Of a stretch of 64,000 nt of DNA, positions 18,018 to 27,127 are shown in pieces. Position numbers and translations under genes: made by a program. The number at the start of each line of letters is the position of its first letter. Position 1 is the first letter of the stretch. The stretch lies in the NCBI GenBank assembly GCA_964628025.1, contig CAZVLL010000012.1, positions 12,784 through 76,783 of the forward strand, in the 5' to 3' direction. This DNA comes from an uncultured Syntrophaceae bacterium. GTDB taxonomy: Bacteria > Desulfobacterota > Syntrophia > Syntrophales > UBA2192. A model generated the notes under the pieces. It was not told the origin of the DNA. It ran no database searches and saw only the letters and a list, made by a program, of their open reading frames with translations.

Positions 18018-18596
18018 TTATTTCGAGACGACGAGTTTCTGGCCAGGATGGACCGGATCCTCTTCGCCGAGCTTGTTGAGCTTACGGAGCTCTGCCGGCG
18101 TGATCCCGTATTTTTTACTGATTCGGTAGACTGTATCGCCCTTCTGGACGGTGTGGATCTTTTTGGCCGACGGCGCTGCTGCCGCTGCTTTTTCCACCTG
18201 GGCGGGCTTCGGCTTCTCCGGCACGACGGCGACGGGCTTTTTCTCCAGGGTCTCTACGCGCTGGGCAAGCGTATCGATTTTGCCGGCCAGGGACGAGACC
18301 GACTCGGTTCCTTCGGCCGGGATTCTTGCCTGCAGCTCTGCCTGCTGTTTTTCCAGGACCACGACCTTCTGCTCCAGGGAGCTGAGCTTCATCCCGAGAA
18401 GCCGGGCCTCCTCTCTGGAGATTCCTCCTCCGCTTCCCATCATCAGGTAAATGCCCCCGAAGACGGCAAAGACAACGGCTCCGACGGCGACGAAGAAGCC
18501 GACCTTTTTCTTGTCCGGCCCCATCCGTTTCCGCTCCGGTGAATAGACCTCATCCGTGTCCGCGTCGGACAATCGGATATCGGGATCTTCGGGCAT
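18018..18596 (-). CDS. Membrane-anchored coiled-coil protein with C-terminal LysM domain
   Basis: TM helix, coiled coil, IHTVQKGDTVYRISKKYGITPAELRKLN...GQKLVV. Confidence 0.9.
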   Translation of the reverse strand: MPEDPDIRLSDADTDEVYSPERKRMGPDKKKVGFFVAVGAVVFAVFGGIYLMMGSGGGISREEARLLGMKLSSLEQKVVVLEKQQAELQARIPAEGTESVSSLAGKIDTLAQRVETLEKKPVAVVPEKPKPAQVEKAAAAAPSAKKIHTVQKGDTVYRISKKYGITPAELRKLNKLGEEDPVHPGQKLVVSK

Positions 18597-18714
18597 GGCA
18601 CCTTCTCCTTCCTGGGTAATTTAGTCCCCTCAGCCCGGGAGCGATATACCATAAAATCACAGCAAGGAAAACGGAAAACGTCTCTCGTACCCGTTTTGCG
18701 CCCTGCGGCCGGGT

Positions 18715-19635
18715 TTAGAAGCTAACCTTGTCCAGCCCCTTCAATCCCAGGATCTGCCTTGCCTCGTCGGGGGTGGCCGGTTCATTGCCCAGTTCGCGAA
18801 CGATGCGGATGATCTTGGCAACCTGTTCGGCACTGCTTTTTGCGAGGACACCTTTTTCAAGGTACAGGCTGTCCTCGAGACCCACGCGGGCATGCCCCCC
18901 CATCAAAAGGGATCCGGTGCACATGGGGATCTGCGCACGGCCGGCTGCGCATACGGAGAACTGGAAGTCGCCGATCTGCTTGCGGGCCGTTTCCACCAGG
19001 TAGACCAGGTGTTCCAGGGTCGCCGGGATTCCGCCCAGGATGCCCATGACGAACTGGAGGTAGACAGGTTTTTTTGCGGTTCCCTTCTGGAGCAGGAAGG
19101 CAAGGTTGTTGATCATCCCCACATCGTAGATCTCGAACTCCGGCTTTGCCCCGTTGGCGTAGATGATCTCCAGGTACTGCCGCATGGTCTTGAAGGTGTT
19201 CGGGAAGATGAAGTCCTCCGTCAGATCGAGATACGCCTCCTCCCAGTCGTACTTGAACTCCTTGACCTGGTCCTTGATGTGGAACAGGGCGAAGTTGAGC
19301 GAGCCTGCGTTGAGGGAGGTCAGCTCCGGCTTGAGATTCGAGGCGACCCGGACCCGGTTCTCAACGGGTTCACCGAGTTTCCCGCCGGTGGTGAAGCACA
19401 TGACGACGTTGCAGCGTTTCCTGACGGCCGCCGCAATCTCCCGGTAGATGTTCTGGTCGGCGTTCGGCATGCCCGTTTCGGGATCCCTTACGTGAATGTG
19501 CACGACGGCGGCCCCCGCTTCGTAAGAACGGATGGCTTCGTCGATCAGCTGCTTCGGGGTCACCGGCAGGTACGGTGACATGCTTGGGGTGTGGATGGCG
19601 CCGGTCAGTGCGGCGGTAACGATTCTCTTGTTCAT
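18715..19635 (-). CDS. 3-keto-5-aminohexanoate cleavage enzyme family (BKACE/DUF849), paralog 1
   Basis: TAALTGA, metal-binding HIH (AGAAVVHIHVRD), EFEIYD, GGHARVGLED. Confidence 0.93.
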   Translation of the reverse strand: MNKRIVTAALTGAIHTPSMSPYLPVTPKQLIDEAIRSYEAGAAVVHIHVRDPETGMPNADQNIYREIAAAVRKRCNVVMCFTTGGKLGEPVENRVRVASNLKPELTSLNAGSLNFALFHIKDQVKEFKYDWEEAYLDLTEDFIFPNTFKTMRQYLEIIYANGAKPEFEIYDVGMINNLAFLLQKGTAKKPVYLQFVMGILGGIPATLEHLVYLVETARKQIGDFQFSVCAAGRAQIPMCTGSLLMGGHARVGLEDSLYLEKGVLAKSSAEQVAKIIRIVRELGNEPATPDEARQILGLKGLDKVSF

Positions 19636-19656
19636 GACAATCTTCCGCTTGCCTTT

Positions 19657-20619
19657 CTACACATAGAATTTTCTGTTCTGTTCGAATTCCCGGATAAAGT
19701 CTTCGACAAGCTTGACGAGAGGATAGGCAAGCTGCCAGCCCCACTCTTTCCGGGCGCACTCATCGCTGATCTTCAGGGTTCCGAGTTCGCGGAGAAGTCC
19801 CACGACGACAGGGTCCGGATTGAAGGAGAGTTTTGCGCCGGGGATTCGATTTTCGATGACTTCCGCCAGCTCGCCGGCGGAGTAAGGCGGCGTGATCCCG
19901 GCGATGTTGTAGATCCTCGTCTCGATCCGGGATGGATCGGCCGCAGAGAGCATCCTGAGGGCCATGGCGGCATCCTTGTAGTAGAGAGCCGGACAGCGTG
20001 TCCCCGGCTCGCAGTTGATCTCGTAGGGGAGTCCTTTGAGGGAATATTCAATCGCCCAGGCGTTGTAGATCGACATGTGCGCCGTTCTTGCGCCGGGCCC
20101 CACAATGGAGGGCAGGCGCACACCCCGGAAGTCGAGGCCGAAGCGCCGGTGATACCACCGGCCCAGCAGTTCGCCGAAGGTTTTCGTGATGCCATAGAAG
20201 CTCGTCGGACGCTGGATCGTGCAGTCGTTGATCGTATCCCCCGGAATGTCCTTGCTGTAGGTGGCAATCGTGCTGCCGTAGACCACCTGCTTCATTTTTT
20301 TTATCCGGGCTGCCTCCAGCACGTTCCAGGTGCCGACAGCGTTGGCGTCAAAGGCGGCCGACGGATTCTGTTCCGACGGCAGGGAGAGCATCCCCCCAAG
20401 GTGAAAAATGCGGTCGACACCATGCCGCTCGACGCAATCCATCAGGACGGGAAGGTGCGCAAGGCTTCCCCGTTCGAAAACGAAGTGATCGCTGTGCTCC
20501 GAAAGCGGCCCCTGAACCGGTGCGATGTCAAAGAGGACAGGCCGCTCCCCTTCGTCGATGAGAATCTTTGCAAGGCAGGCGCCGATAAAACCGGCCCCCC
20601 CGGTGATCATAGTTGCCAT
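19657..20619 (-). CDS. Extended SDR NAD-dependent dehydrogenase/epimerase, L-threonine 3-dehydrogenase-like
   Basis: TGGAGFIG, STIATY, YGITK (YxxxK); similar to SDR-type TDH. Confidence 0.85.
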   Translation of the reverse strand: MATMITGGAGFIGACLAKILIDEGERPVLFDIAPVQGPLSEHSDHFVFERGSLAHLPVLMDCVERHGVDRIFHLGGMLSLPSEQNPSAAFDANAVGTWNVLEAARIKKMKQVVYGSTIATYSKDIPGDTINDCTIQRPTSFYGITKTFGELLGRWYHRRFGLDFRGVRLPSIVGPGARTAHMSIYNAWAIEYSLKGLPYEINCEPGTRCPALYYKDAAMALRMLSAADPSRIETRIYNIAGITPPYSAGELAEVIENRIPGAKLSFNPDPVVVGLLRELGTLKISDECARKEWGWQLAYPLVKLVEDFIREFEQNRKFYV

Positions 20620-20658
20620 AGAAAATCCTGATAACGCTGCAATGTCGAATAGTGGATA

Positions 20659-20694
20659 GCCGGGGCAGGGGCACCCTCGAGCCCCTGCCCCGGC
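20659..20694. other. Perfect 14-bp GC-rich hairpin after the binding-protein gene
   Basis: GCCGGGGCAGGGGC-ACCCTCGA-GCCCCTGCCCCGGC with no clear U-tract. Confidence 0.75.
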
Positions 20695-20708
20695 GGAAAC
20701 GGCAACGG

Positions 20709-21911
20709 CTACTTCATCTTGCAGCCGGTCTGCTCACAGGGCACCTCGACGTCCTTTGCGGGGATCATCGTGGCGGGCCCCTCGAAGGCGTGCTCCTTGA
20801 AGAACTTGTTGTTTTTCACGATCTCGACGACCCAATAGGGGGTCTGCGCCTGGTGATCGCAGGCCCGCATGGTCCAGGTGCCGGCGATGCCATCGTAGGA
20901 GAGGCCTTCCCAGGCCTTGATAACGGCGGCCACATCGGTCGTACCGGCCTTCTTCACCGCCTCGGCCCAGAACATCGTGGCCATGTAGGACTTGCCGCGG
21001 AGCCACGTCGGGTAGTACCCCTTGTCTTTCTTGAATTTTGCGATGAATTCCTGGTTCTTCTTGTTGGGGATGGAGAGCACGTAGACCTCTGCACCCATGT
21101 CGCCGATGATGAGCTTGTCGTCACCGAGGGATTGGATCATGACCTCGTCGTTGATGTAGTAGGAGAACACCTTCTGCTTCAGACCCATGGGCCTGCCCTG
21201 CTTCAAGAGAAGCGTCAGGTCATTGCCCCAATTGGGCGTGAAGATGACGTCGGGCTTGGCTGCGATCAGCTGGCTCGCGTAGGGGGCGAAATCCTTCGTG
21301 CCGGCGGGATGGTATAGCTCGGCCACGATATTCGTCGAGGGGCTGAGCTGGGCAATCTTCTTCTTGAATGCTGCGACGGCTTCCTTGCCAAAGGAGTAGT
21401 CCTGGGCGATGATACCGACCTTCTTGTAGCCTTTCTTCACGATGAGCTGCGCCAGCGCGAAGGAACGGCCGTCGGTGCTCCCGCCGGGCCGGAAGAAGTT
21501 CTTGTTGCACTTCTCGCCGGTCATACTGGAGGCGTCCATGCCGTAGGTGAACATGATCACGTTCTGCTTTTCTGCAAGCTGGGCCATGGCCGCCCCGACG
21601 GAGCTGCCCGTGCCGCCGCAGAAGAACTTCACGCCGTCCTTCAGGATCAGGTTCTGAGCCTTGCGCGTGGCCACATCGGGCTTGAGCTCCGAGTCGATGG
21701 GGATGACTTCCACCTTCTTGCCGAGCAGTCCGCCGCTTTCATTGATCACCTTGGCGGCGTACACGACTCCCTCGAGATAACGCTCGCCGATGTCCTTGAA
21801 CGTTCCGGAGAGGGGCTCCGTTACGCCGATCTTGATCGTGTCCTGCGCTGCTGCGGGCACTGCCAGCATCAGCAGGACGGACAATACCGCCAGTCCTAAC
21901 ATCTTCTTCAT
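20709..21911 (-). CDS. ABC transporter substrate-binding protein (LivK/branched-chain amino acid family)
   Basis: Signal peptide; TIKIGVTEPLSG; INESGGLLGKKVE; QDYSFG; YHPAGTKDF. Confidence 0.92.
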   Translation of the reverse strand: MKKMLGLAVLSVLLMLAVPAAAQDTIKIGVTEPLSGTFKDIGERYLEGVVYAAKVINESGGLLGKKVEVIPIDSELKPDVATRKAQNLILKDGVKFFCGGTGSSVGAAMAQLAEKQNVIMFTYGMDASSMTGEKCNKNFFRPGGSTDGRSFALAQLIVKKGYKKVGIIAQDYSFGKEAVAAFKKKIAQLSPSTNIVAELYHPAGTKDFAPYASQLIAAKPDVIFTPNWGNDLTLLLKQGRPMGLKQKVFSYYINDEVMIQSLGDDKLIIGDMGAEVYVLSIPNKKNQEFIAKFKKDKGYYPTWLRGKSYMATMFWAEAVKKAGTTDVAAVIKAWEGLSYDGIAGTWTMRACDHQAQTPYWVVEIVKNNKFFKEHAFEGPATMIPAKDVEVPCEQTGCKMK

Positions 21912-22009
21912 AAATCCTTACCTCCCAGTTCTTAGACCGTCAGGTCTTGTGTTTTTCTCTTCACTCATGCACGTCCGCACTCATTCCCTTCTTCACTGGG
22001 TCCCGGACC

Positions 22010-22717
22010 CTACACTTCCAGATAGTTCTTTCGCACTTCCTCCGCCGCCAGCAGGGCCCCCGTGCCTCCCTCGAAGACCATCTGCCCCTTGCCCATGATG
22101 TAGAATCGGTCGGCCACCTTGATGGAGGCCTTGAAGTTCTGCTCCACCATGAGCACCGTTACCCCCGAGTTGCGCACGGCGGCGAGCATCTCCAGCACGT
22201 CCTTCACGATCAGGGGCGCAAGGCCCTCTGTGGGCTCGTCGACGAGGATGAGCTTGGGGTTTCCCATGAGGGTCCTCGCCACGGTGAGCATCTGCTGTTC
22301 CCCGCCGGAGAGGTGGCCGCCCTTGTTGTCTCGCCGGTCCTTGAGGCCGGGGAATTTTTCGTAGACTCTCTCGACGGTCCAGCCAGCGTTTTTCGCGGCG
22401 TCCTTCGAGCCCTTTACGCCCATGAGGAGATTCTCGTGGACGGAGAGGCTCCGGAAGATCCGCCGGTCCTCGGGGACGTAGCCGACGCCGAGACGGGCGA
22501 TCTCGTAGGGCTGCTTCCCGATCAGCTCCTGATCGTGAAAGCGGATGCTTCCCTCGCGGGGCCTCACGAGGCCCATGATGCTCTTGAGCGTGGTGGACTT
22601 TCCGACGCCATTTCGCCCGAGCAGGCAGACCAGCTCACCCTCGTTCAGGGTCATGGAGACGCCCTGGAGGATGTGACTCTTTCCATAATAGCTGTGGATG
22701 TCTTTTACCTCTAGCAT
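22010..22717 (-). CDS. livF: Branched-chain amino acid-type ABC transporter ATPase
   Basis: MLEVKDIHSYYG, GRNGVGKST, LSGGEQQML, DEPTEGLAP; start 2 nt after the livG stop. Confidence 0.94.
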   Translation of the reverse strand: MLEVKDIHSYYGKSHILQGVSMTLNEGELVCLLGRNGVGKSTTLKSIMGLVRPREGSIRFHDQELIGKQPYEIARLGVGYVPEDRRIFRSLSVHENLLMGVKGSKDAAKNAGWTVERVYEKFPGLKDRRDNKGGHLSGGEQQMLTVARTLMGNPKLILVDEPTEGLAPLIVKDVLEMLAAVRNSGVTVLMVEQNFKASIKVADRFYIMGKGQMVFEGGTGALLAAEEVRKNYLEV

Positions 22718-22719
22718 GG

Positions 22720-23463
22720 TTATCCGTCCCCCAGGTAGGCGTCCTTCACCCGCTGGTCGTTGCGGATCTCGTCGGGCTTGCCCGAGACGAGGATCGTGCC
22801 GTAGTGAAGGACCGAAATCGTGTCGGCAAGCGAGAACACCACGTCCATGTCGTGTTCGATGATGATCAGCGTTCGGCCCGCCGTAACCCGGTCGATCATC
22901 CGGATGGCCTGGCCCGTCTCCTCGCGCGTCATTCCCGCCGTGGGCTCGTCCAGCAGGATCAATTCGGGCTCTGTCGACAGGGTGATGCCGATCTCCAGGG
23001 CCCGCTGCTGGCCATAAGACAGGCCGCTGACGGGCATGTGCAGGACATCCTTCAGCCCGACCTCCTCGACGAGGGCTTGCGTGCGTTCGTTGATTTCCCG
23101 ATTGTGATCGGGCCTGCGGAAGAAGTGATACCGCATCCCGTAACGGGAGCGCACGCCGGAGCGGATGTTTTCGAAGGCGGAAAGCTCCTGGAACACGTTG
23201 GTGATCTGGAACGATCGCGACAGCCCGGAGCGGTTGAGGGCATGGGCGGGTTTGCCGGAGATGTCCCGGCCCTTGAACAGGATCGCGCCTGAACTGGCCT
23301 TGAACTTCCCGCTGATGATGTTGAAGAGCGTCGTCTTGCCCGCCCCGTTGGGGCCGATGACGGCGTGACGCTCCTTTTGTCTCACCGTGAAATCGACACC
23401 GGTGAGGACCTTGAGACCCGAGAAGTCCTTGTGGATGTCCTTGATGTGCAGGTATTCGCTCAT
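22720..23463 (-). CDS. livG: Branched-chain amino acid-type ABC transporter ATPase
   Basis: GPNGAGKTT, LSYGQQRALE, LLDEPTAG, IEHDMD, V..AYLG. Confidence 0.94.
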   Translation of the reverse strand: MSEYLHIKDIHKDFSGLKVLTGVDFTVRQKERHAVIGPNGAGKTTLFNIISGKFKASSGAILFKGRDISGKPAHALNRSGLSRSFQITNVFQELSAFENIRSGVRSRYGMRYHFFRRPDHNREINERTQALVEEVGLKDVLHMPVSGLSYGQQRALEIGITLSTEPELILLDEPTAGMTREETGQAIRMIDRVTAGRTLIIIEHDMDVVFSLADTISVLHYGTILVSGKPDEIRNDQRVKDAYLGDG

Positions 23464-24461
23464 GAGGATGCTTCCTTGACTGCGATCGGTTTGCCCGTGT
23501 TGCGCTTTCCCGCAAAGAGGGTTTTGATCGACTGGATGATCTGCGAGAGCCCGCCGGGGATGAAGAGAACCATGAAGACGAAGATCAGTCCCATGAACAG
23601 GGGCCAGCGGTCCGTGATGTCGCTCAGGTAGTTCTGGAGGATGATGTAGACGAGTGCCCCCAGCATCGGCCCCCAGAAGGTCCCCGTCCCGCCCACGAAG
23701 GTCATGAGCAGCACCGTCGTCGTCATGTCGACGCTGATGGCCGACTGGGAGACGAACTGGAAATGCAGCGTGTAGAATGCCCCGGCCAGCCCCGCCACGG
23801 CCCCCGTGAAGGTGAAGAGAATGAGCCGGCTGATGTTGGTGTTGTACCCGAGAAACTTCATCCGCTCCTCGTTTTCGCGCATCATCAGCACCGTCTGCCC
23901 CATGGCCGTCTTCGTGAAGTACCAGCAGAACACGATGGCCGCCCCGACGATGACGAGGGTGAAGTAGTAAAAGCTCTCGATTCCCGTCATGCTGATCGTG
24001 GTGAACCCCAGGCCAAGGTCGGGCCGCGTGACACTCAGGCCGTCATCGCCGCCCGTGACGGTGTGCCACTTCGTGGCCACGGCATAGAAAAGCGCGTTGA
24101 AGGCCAGGGTGAGCAGCGCGAAGTAGGAGCCCTTATGCCGCAGCAGCAGCCCCCCCGCGATGAAGCCGACGGCCGTCGTCATGGCGAGTGCCATCGCGAT
24201 GGCGCTCCACATGGAGAGCCCGGGGATGTGAATCAGGGCCACGGCGACGGTGAAGGCCCCGGTGCCGAAAAACATGGCGTGCCCGAAGGAGAGCAGGCCC
24301 GCATAGCCGAGCAGGAGGTTGTAGCTGACGGCAAAGAGGGCAAACACGATGATCTCCGTCAGCATGTTCAGGTGGTACTGCTTGATCAGCATCGGCATCA
24401 CGGCCCCGAGGGCGAAGAGGACTGCGATGAAGAGATAGGGTGCGTTTTTCTGGGTCATCAT
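23460..24461 (-). CDS. livM: Branched-chain amino acid-type ABC transporter permease
   Basis: SYNLLLGYAGLLSFGHAMFFG, TGGDDG, MRENEER...LG. Confidence 0.93.
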   Translation of the reverse strand: MMTQKNAPYLFIAVLFALGAVMPMLIKQYHLNMLTEIIVFALFAVSYNLLLGYAGLLSFGHAMFFGTGAFTVAVALIHIPGLSMWSAIAMALAMTTAVGFIAGGLLLRHKGSYFALLTLAFNALFYAVATKWHTVTGGDDGLSVTRPDLGLGFTTISMTGIESFYYFTLVIVGAAIVFCWYFTKTAMGQTVLMMRENEERMKFLGYNTNISRLILFTFTGAVAGLAGAFYTLHFQFVSQSAISVDMTTTVLLMTFVGGTGTFWGPMLGALVYIILQNYLSDITDRWPLFMGLIFVFMVLFIPGGLSQIIQSIKTLFAGKRNTGKPIAVKEASS

Positions 24462-25318
24462 TGTTTTTCACCAAAGAGTCCGGAGGGCTTGATGATCAGG
24501 ACGGCGGCCATGAGCAGGTAGACCAGGGCCAGGGAGAGCTTCGGGAAGAGCAGCACCCCGAAGGACTGCAGCTCGCCGATGAGCAGCGAGGCGATCACGG
24601 CGCCCCCGAGGCTCCCGAAGCCGCCGACGACGATCACAACGAAGGCGTCGATGAGGATCTCGTGGGCCATGCCCGGGTAGGTCGAGAGCAGCGGCCCCGC
24701 GATGACGCCGGCAAAGCCGGAGAGTGCCGCGCCGAAGGCAAAGACGCCGGTGAAGACCCGGGGGACGTTGACGCCCAGTGCGTTTACCATCTCGCCGTCG
24801 TTGACGGCCGCCCGCAGGATGATCCCGAGACGGGTCTTGTAGAGGATGAGCGCCATCACGATCCCCACGAGGATGGCGCAGACGAAGATGAAGATCCGAT
24901 AGACGGGGTAGGTGATGCCGATGATCTCGACCGTGTCGCCCAGGAAACCCCTGATGTTCACGGCCAGGGGGTAGTTGCCCCAACCCCACTTCACCACTTC
25001 CGTAATAATATACGCAAGGCCGAAGGTGAGCAGCAGTTCGTGCAAGTGCCCGTGGGCGTGGACGCGTCGCAGCAGGAACCGCTCGATGAGGGCGCCGAGG
25101 GCAAACAGCAGAAGGGGGCAGACCATCAGCGACAGCCAGAACTGGTCCGTCGCCTGCAGCATGGTATAGGAAAAATATGCGCCCAGCATGTACATGGCCG
25201 CGTGGGCGAAGTTCAGGACATTCATCATCCCGAAGACCAGGGTCAGACCCGCCGAGACAAGGAACAGCAGACCCGCGTAGGCCAGCCCATGGAGAAAGAA
25301 AACAGGGAAATCGCTCAT
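24458..25318 (-). CDS. livH: Branched-chain amino acid-type ABC transporter permease
   Basis: GLTLVFGMMNVLNFAH, AFVVIVVGGFGS, KPSGLFG. Confidence 0.93.
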   Translation of the reverse strand: MSDFPVFFLHGLAYAGLLFLVSAGLTLVFGMMNVLNFAHAAMYMLGAYFSYTMLQATDQFWLSLMVCPLLLFALGALIERFLLRRVHAHGHLHELLLTFGLAYIITEVVKWGWGNYPLAVNIRGFLGDTVEIIGITYPVYRIFIFVCAILVGIVMALILYKTRLGIILRAAVNDGEMVNALGVNVPRVFTGVFAFGAALSGFAGVIAGPLLSTYPGMAHEILIDAFVVIVVGGFGSLGGAVIASLLIGELQSFGVLLFPKLSLALVYLLMAAVLIIKPSGLFGEKQ

Positions 25319-25387
25319 GAGAGTTACCTCGACATTGATCCGGTGAAACCGCCACTCTACGCCTTTACGGCAGGGAACCCTGTCCCG

Positions 25388-26347
25388 TCAGCCGTGTTTC
25401 ACCCCTCCGATGATTTCGTAAAGAATGCGCAGCAGGACCGTGTCACGCTGCCGGATGATCTGCTGGACTTTATCGGGTGTCCACTCGTAGAATCCCCGTC
25501 CGGCCTTGACGCCGGTTGCCCCCTCGGAAACCAGGTTCTCCAGGACCGGTGACGGCTTGGTGGCCGAATCGAGGTAGGGGAAGAGGTATTTGTGGATGTC
25601 CCGTGTCAGGACGAGACCGGCCAGGTCCGCCGTCTCCATGGGACCGATGAAGGGCATCCGGGCCCCGAAGCCGTACTTGACGACCTTGTCGATGTCCTCG
25701 GCACTCGCGACGTTTTTCTCGCAAAGCGATATGGCCTCCCGCCACATGGCGTGCTGGAGGCGGTTGCCGAGAAAGCCCGGCACGTCCTTGAGAACGCGGA
25801 CGGGCACCTTGCCCACCTTCTCCATGAGGGTGTAGATCGTTTCGAAGGCCCCTTCCCCGGTGTGCTCGCCACGGATCACCTCCACGCAGGGCAGTACCTG
25901 GGGCGGGTTCCAGAAGTGGGTCCCCAGGAAGCGCCCCCTGTCCTTCAGGGCGGATCCGATCTCGGTGATGCTGATGGCCGAGGTGTTGCTCGAGAAAATG
26001 GCATCGGGGGCCGCATGGCGCTCGACCTCGGCAAAGATCTTCCTCTTCAGGTCGAGATCCTCCAGGACGGCCTCGATGATGTACTGGGGGCCTTTGCACA
26101 GGGCCTCGAGGGAAGGGCAGAGAGCGATCCGGCCGAGGCAGCTTGCGACATCATCCGGCTTGGCCAGGCCGAGGGCGATAAACGACTTGAAGTTCGCTTC
26201 GATCCTTCCCTTCGCAGCCTCGAGAGTGGCCTTGTCCGCATCATAGAGATTCACATCGTAGCCCGCCGAGGCAAAGACCTGTGCGATACCGTGCCCCATG
26301 AGGCCGGCCCCGATCACGCCGATGCTCCGGATGTCCTTGAGCTCCAT
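25388..26347 (-). CDS. 3-hydroxyacyl(-CoA) dehydrogenase family protein (HBD/carnitine/gulonate dehydrogenase-like)
   Basis: GAGLMG, EAVLEDLDLK, SNTS, GTHFWNP, PGFLGNRLQ, GPMETADL; start MELKDIR just after the regulator stop. Confidence 0.92.
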   Translation of the reverse strand: MELKDIRSIGVIGAGLMGHGIAQVFASAGYDVNLYDADKATLEAAKGRIEANFKSFIALGLAKPDDVASCLGRIALCPSLEALCKGPQYIIEAVLEDLDLKRKIFAEVERHAAPDAIFSSNTSAISITEIGSALKDRGRFLGTHFWNPPQVLPCVEVIRGEHTGEGAFETIYTLMEKVGKVPVRVLKDVPGFLGNRLQHAMWREAISLCEKNVASAEDIDKVVKYGFGARMPFIGPMETADLAGLVLTRDIHKYLFPYLDSATKPSPVLENLVSEGATGVKAGRGFYEWTPDKVQQIIRQRDTVLLRILYEIIGGVKHG

Positions 26348-26349
26348 GC

Positions 26350-26946
26350 CTATGCCTTCCTTTCCTTGCCGTTGGTGGGGTTGTAGATGACCATGAAGCA
26401 CTTGACCTCCGCGGGGCCGATGGACTCCCCGAAATGGGGGAGACCCGAATCGAAGTAGATGCAATCCCCCTCGTTAACGACATACTCCTCGTTGCTGTGC
26501 AGGAATTTCATCGTTCCCTGGATGACAAAGAGGATTTCCTCCCCCTCGTGCTGGTAGAGGGTCCGTTTCTTCGGTTTGACGGGGAGGGTGAGGATGAAAG
26601 GTTCCATGATCTTGTTCGGGTATTTATAGGCCATGGCCTCGTAGGAATACCCGAAGGCGGTGCCGTCCCTGGAGATGAGGGGACGTTCATCCTTCCGCAC
26701 AAGGCACAGGGATGTGCGGGGCGCTTCTTCGCCCAGGAGGGCCGAGATGGTGACGCCGAGGACCCGGGCGATGATCCCGAGCGTGGAGACGGGGGGGGAC
26801 TTTTTCGATTTTTCGACTTTCGACAGGTAACCCTTCGTGAAGCCCGCCTGCTTGGCCAGCTGCTCGAGAGTGATCCGTTTCTGCGTCCGGAAGGCCTTGA
26901 TCCGCTTGCCGATTTCGGCCTCGACGATCGCCTGTTCTTGTTTCAT
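26350..26946 (-). CDS. XRE-family HTH regulator with cupin sensor domain
   Basis: IGKRIKAFR...TLEQLAKQAGFTKGYLSKVE HTH; HEGEE...GDCIYFDSGLPH cupin. Confidence 0.93.
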   Translation of the reverse strand: MKQEQAIVEAEIGKRIKAFRTQKRITLEQLAKQAGFTKGYLSKVEKSKKSPPVSTLGIIARVLGVTISALLGEEAPRTSLCLVRKDERPLISRDGTAFGYSYEAMAYKYPNKIMEPFILTLPVKPKKRTLYQHEGEEILFVIQGTMKFLHSNEEYVVNEGDCIYFDSGLPHFGESIGPAEVKCFMVIYNPTNGKERKA

Positions 26947-27046
26947 TTCGGTTTACTTTCCCGATATGTCAGAGGGGAATGTTTGTGTAACTAGCTGATT
27001 TACATAACAAACAAGATGAAACAAAATGTATCCTTACGGGAAACTT

Positions 27047-27074
27047 ATTATCCGCACGCAGTGCATCCTGTCAA
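27047..27074 (-). promoter_or_regulatory. Sigma70-type promoter candidate for the XRE-dehydrogenase-liv operon
   Basis: Minus strand TTGACA-N16-GATAAT in an AT-rich intergenic region. Confidence 0.6.
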
Positions 27075-27127
27075 GGGTTTTTTAATGGAAATTCGATTTT
27101 CGTGAAACAGCGAGGGATGCTGGGGGG

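Noticed and set aside
22718-23515. N-terminal extension making livF 501 aa
   Set aside because: It overlaps livG in another frame; the real LivF starts at MLEVKD (22717).
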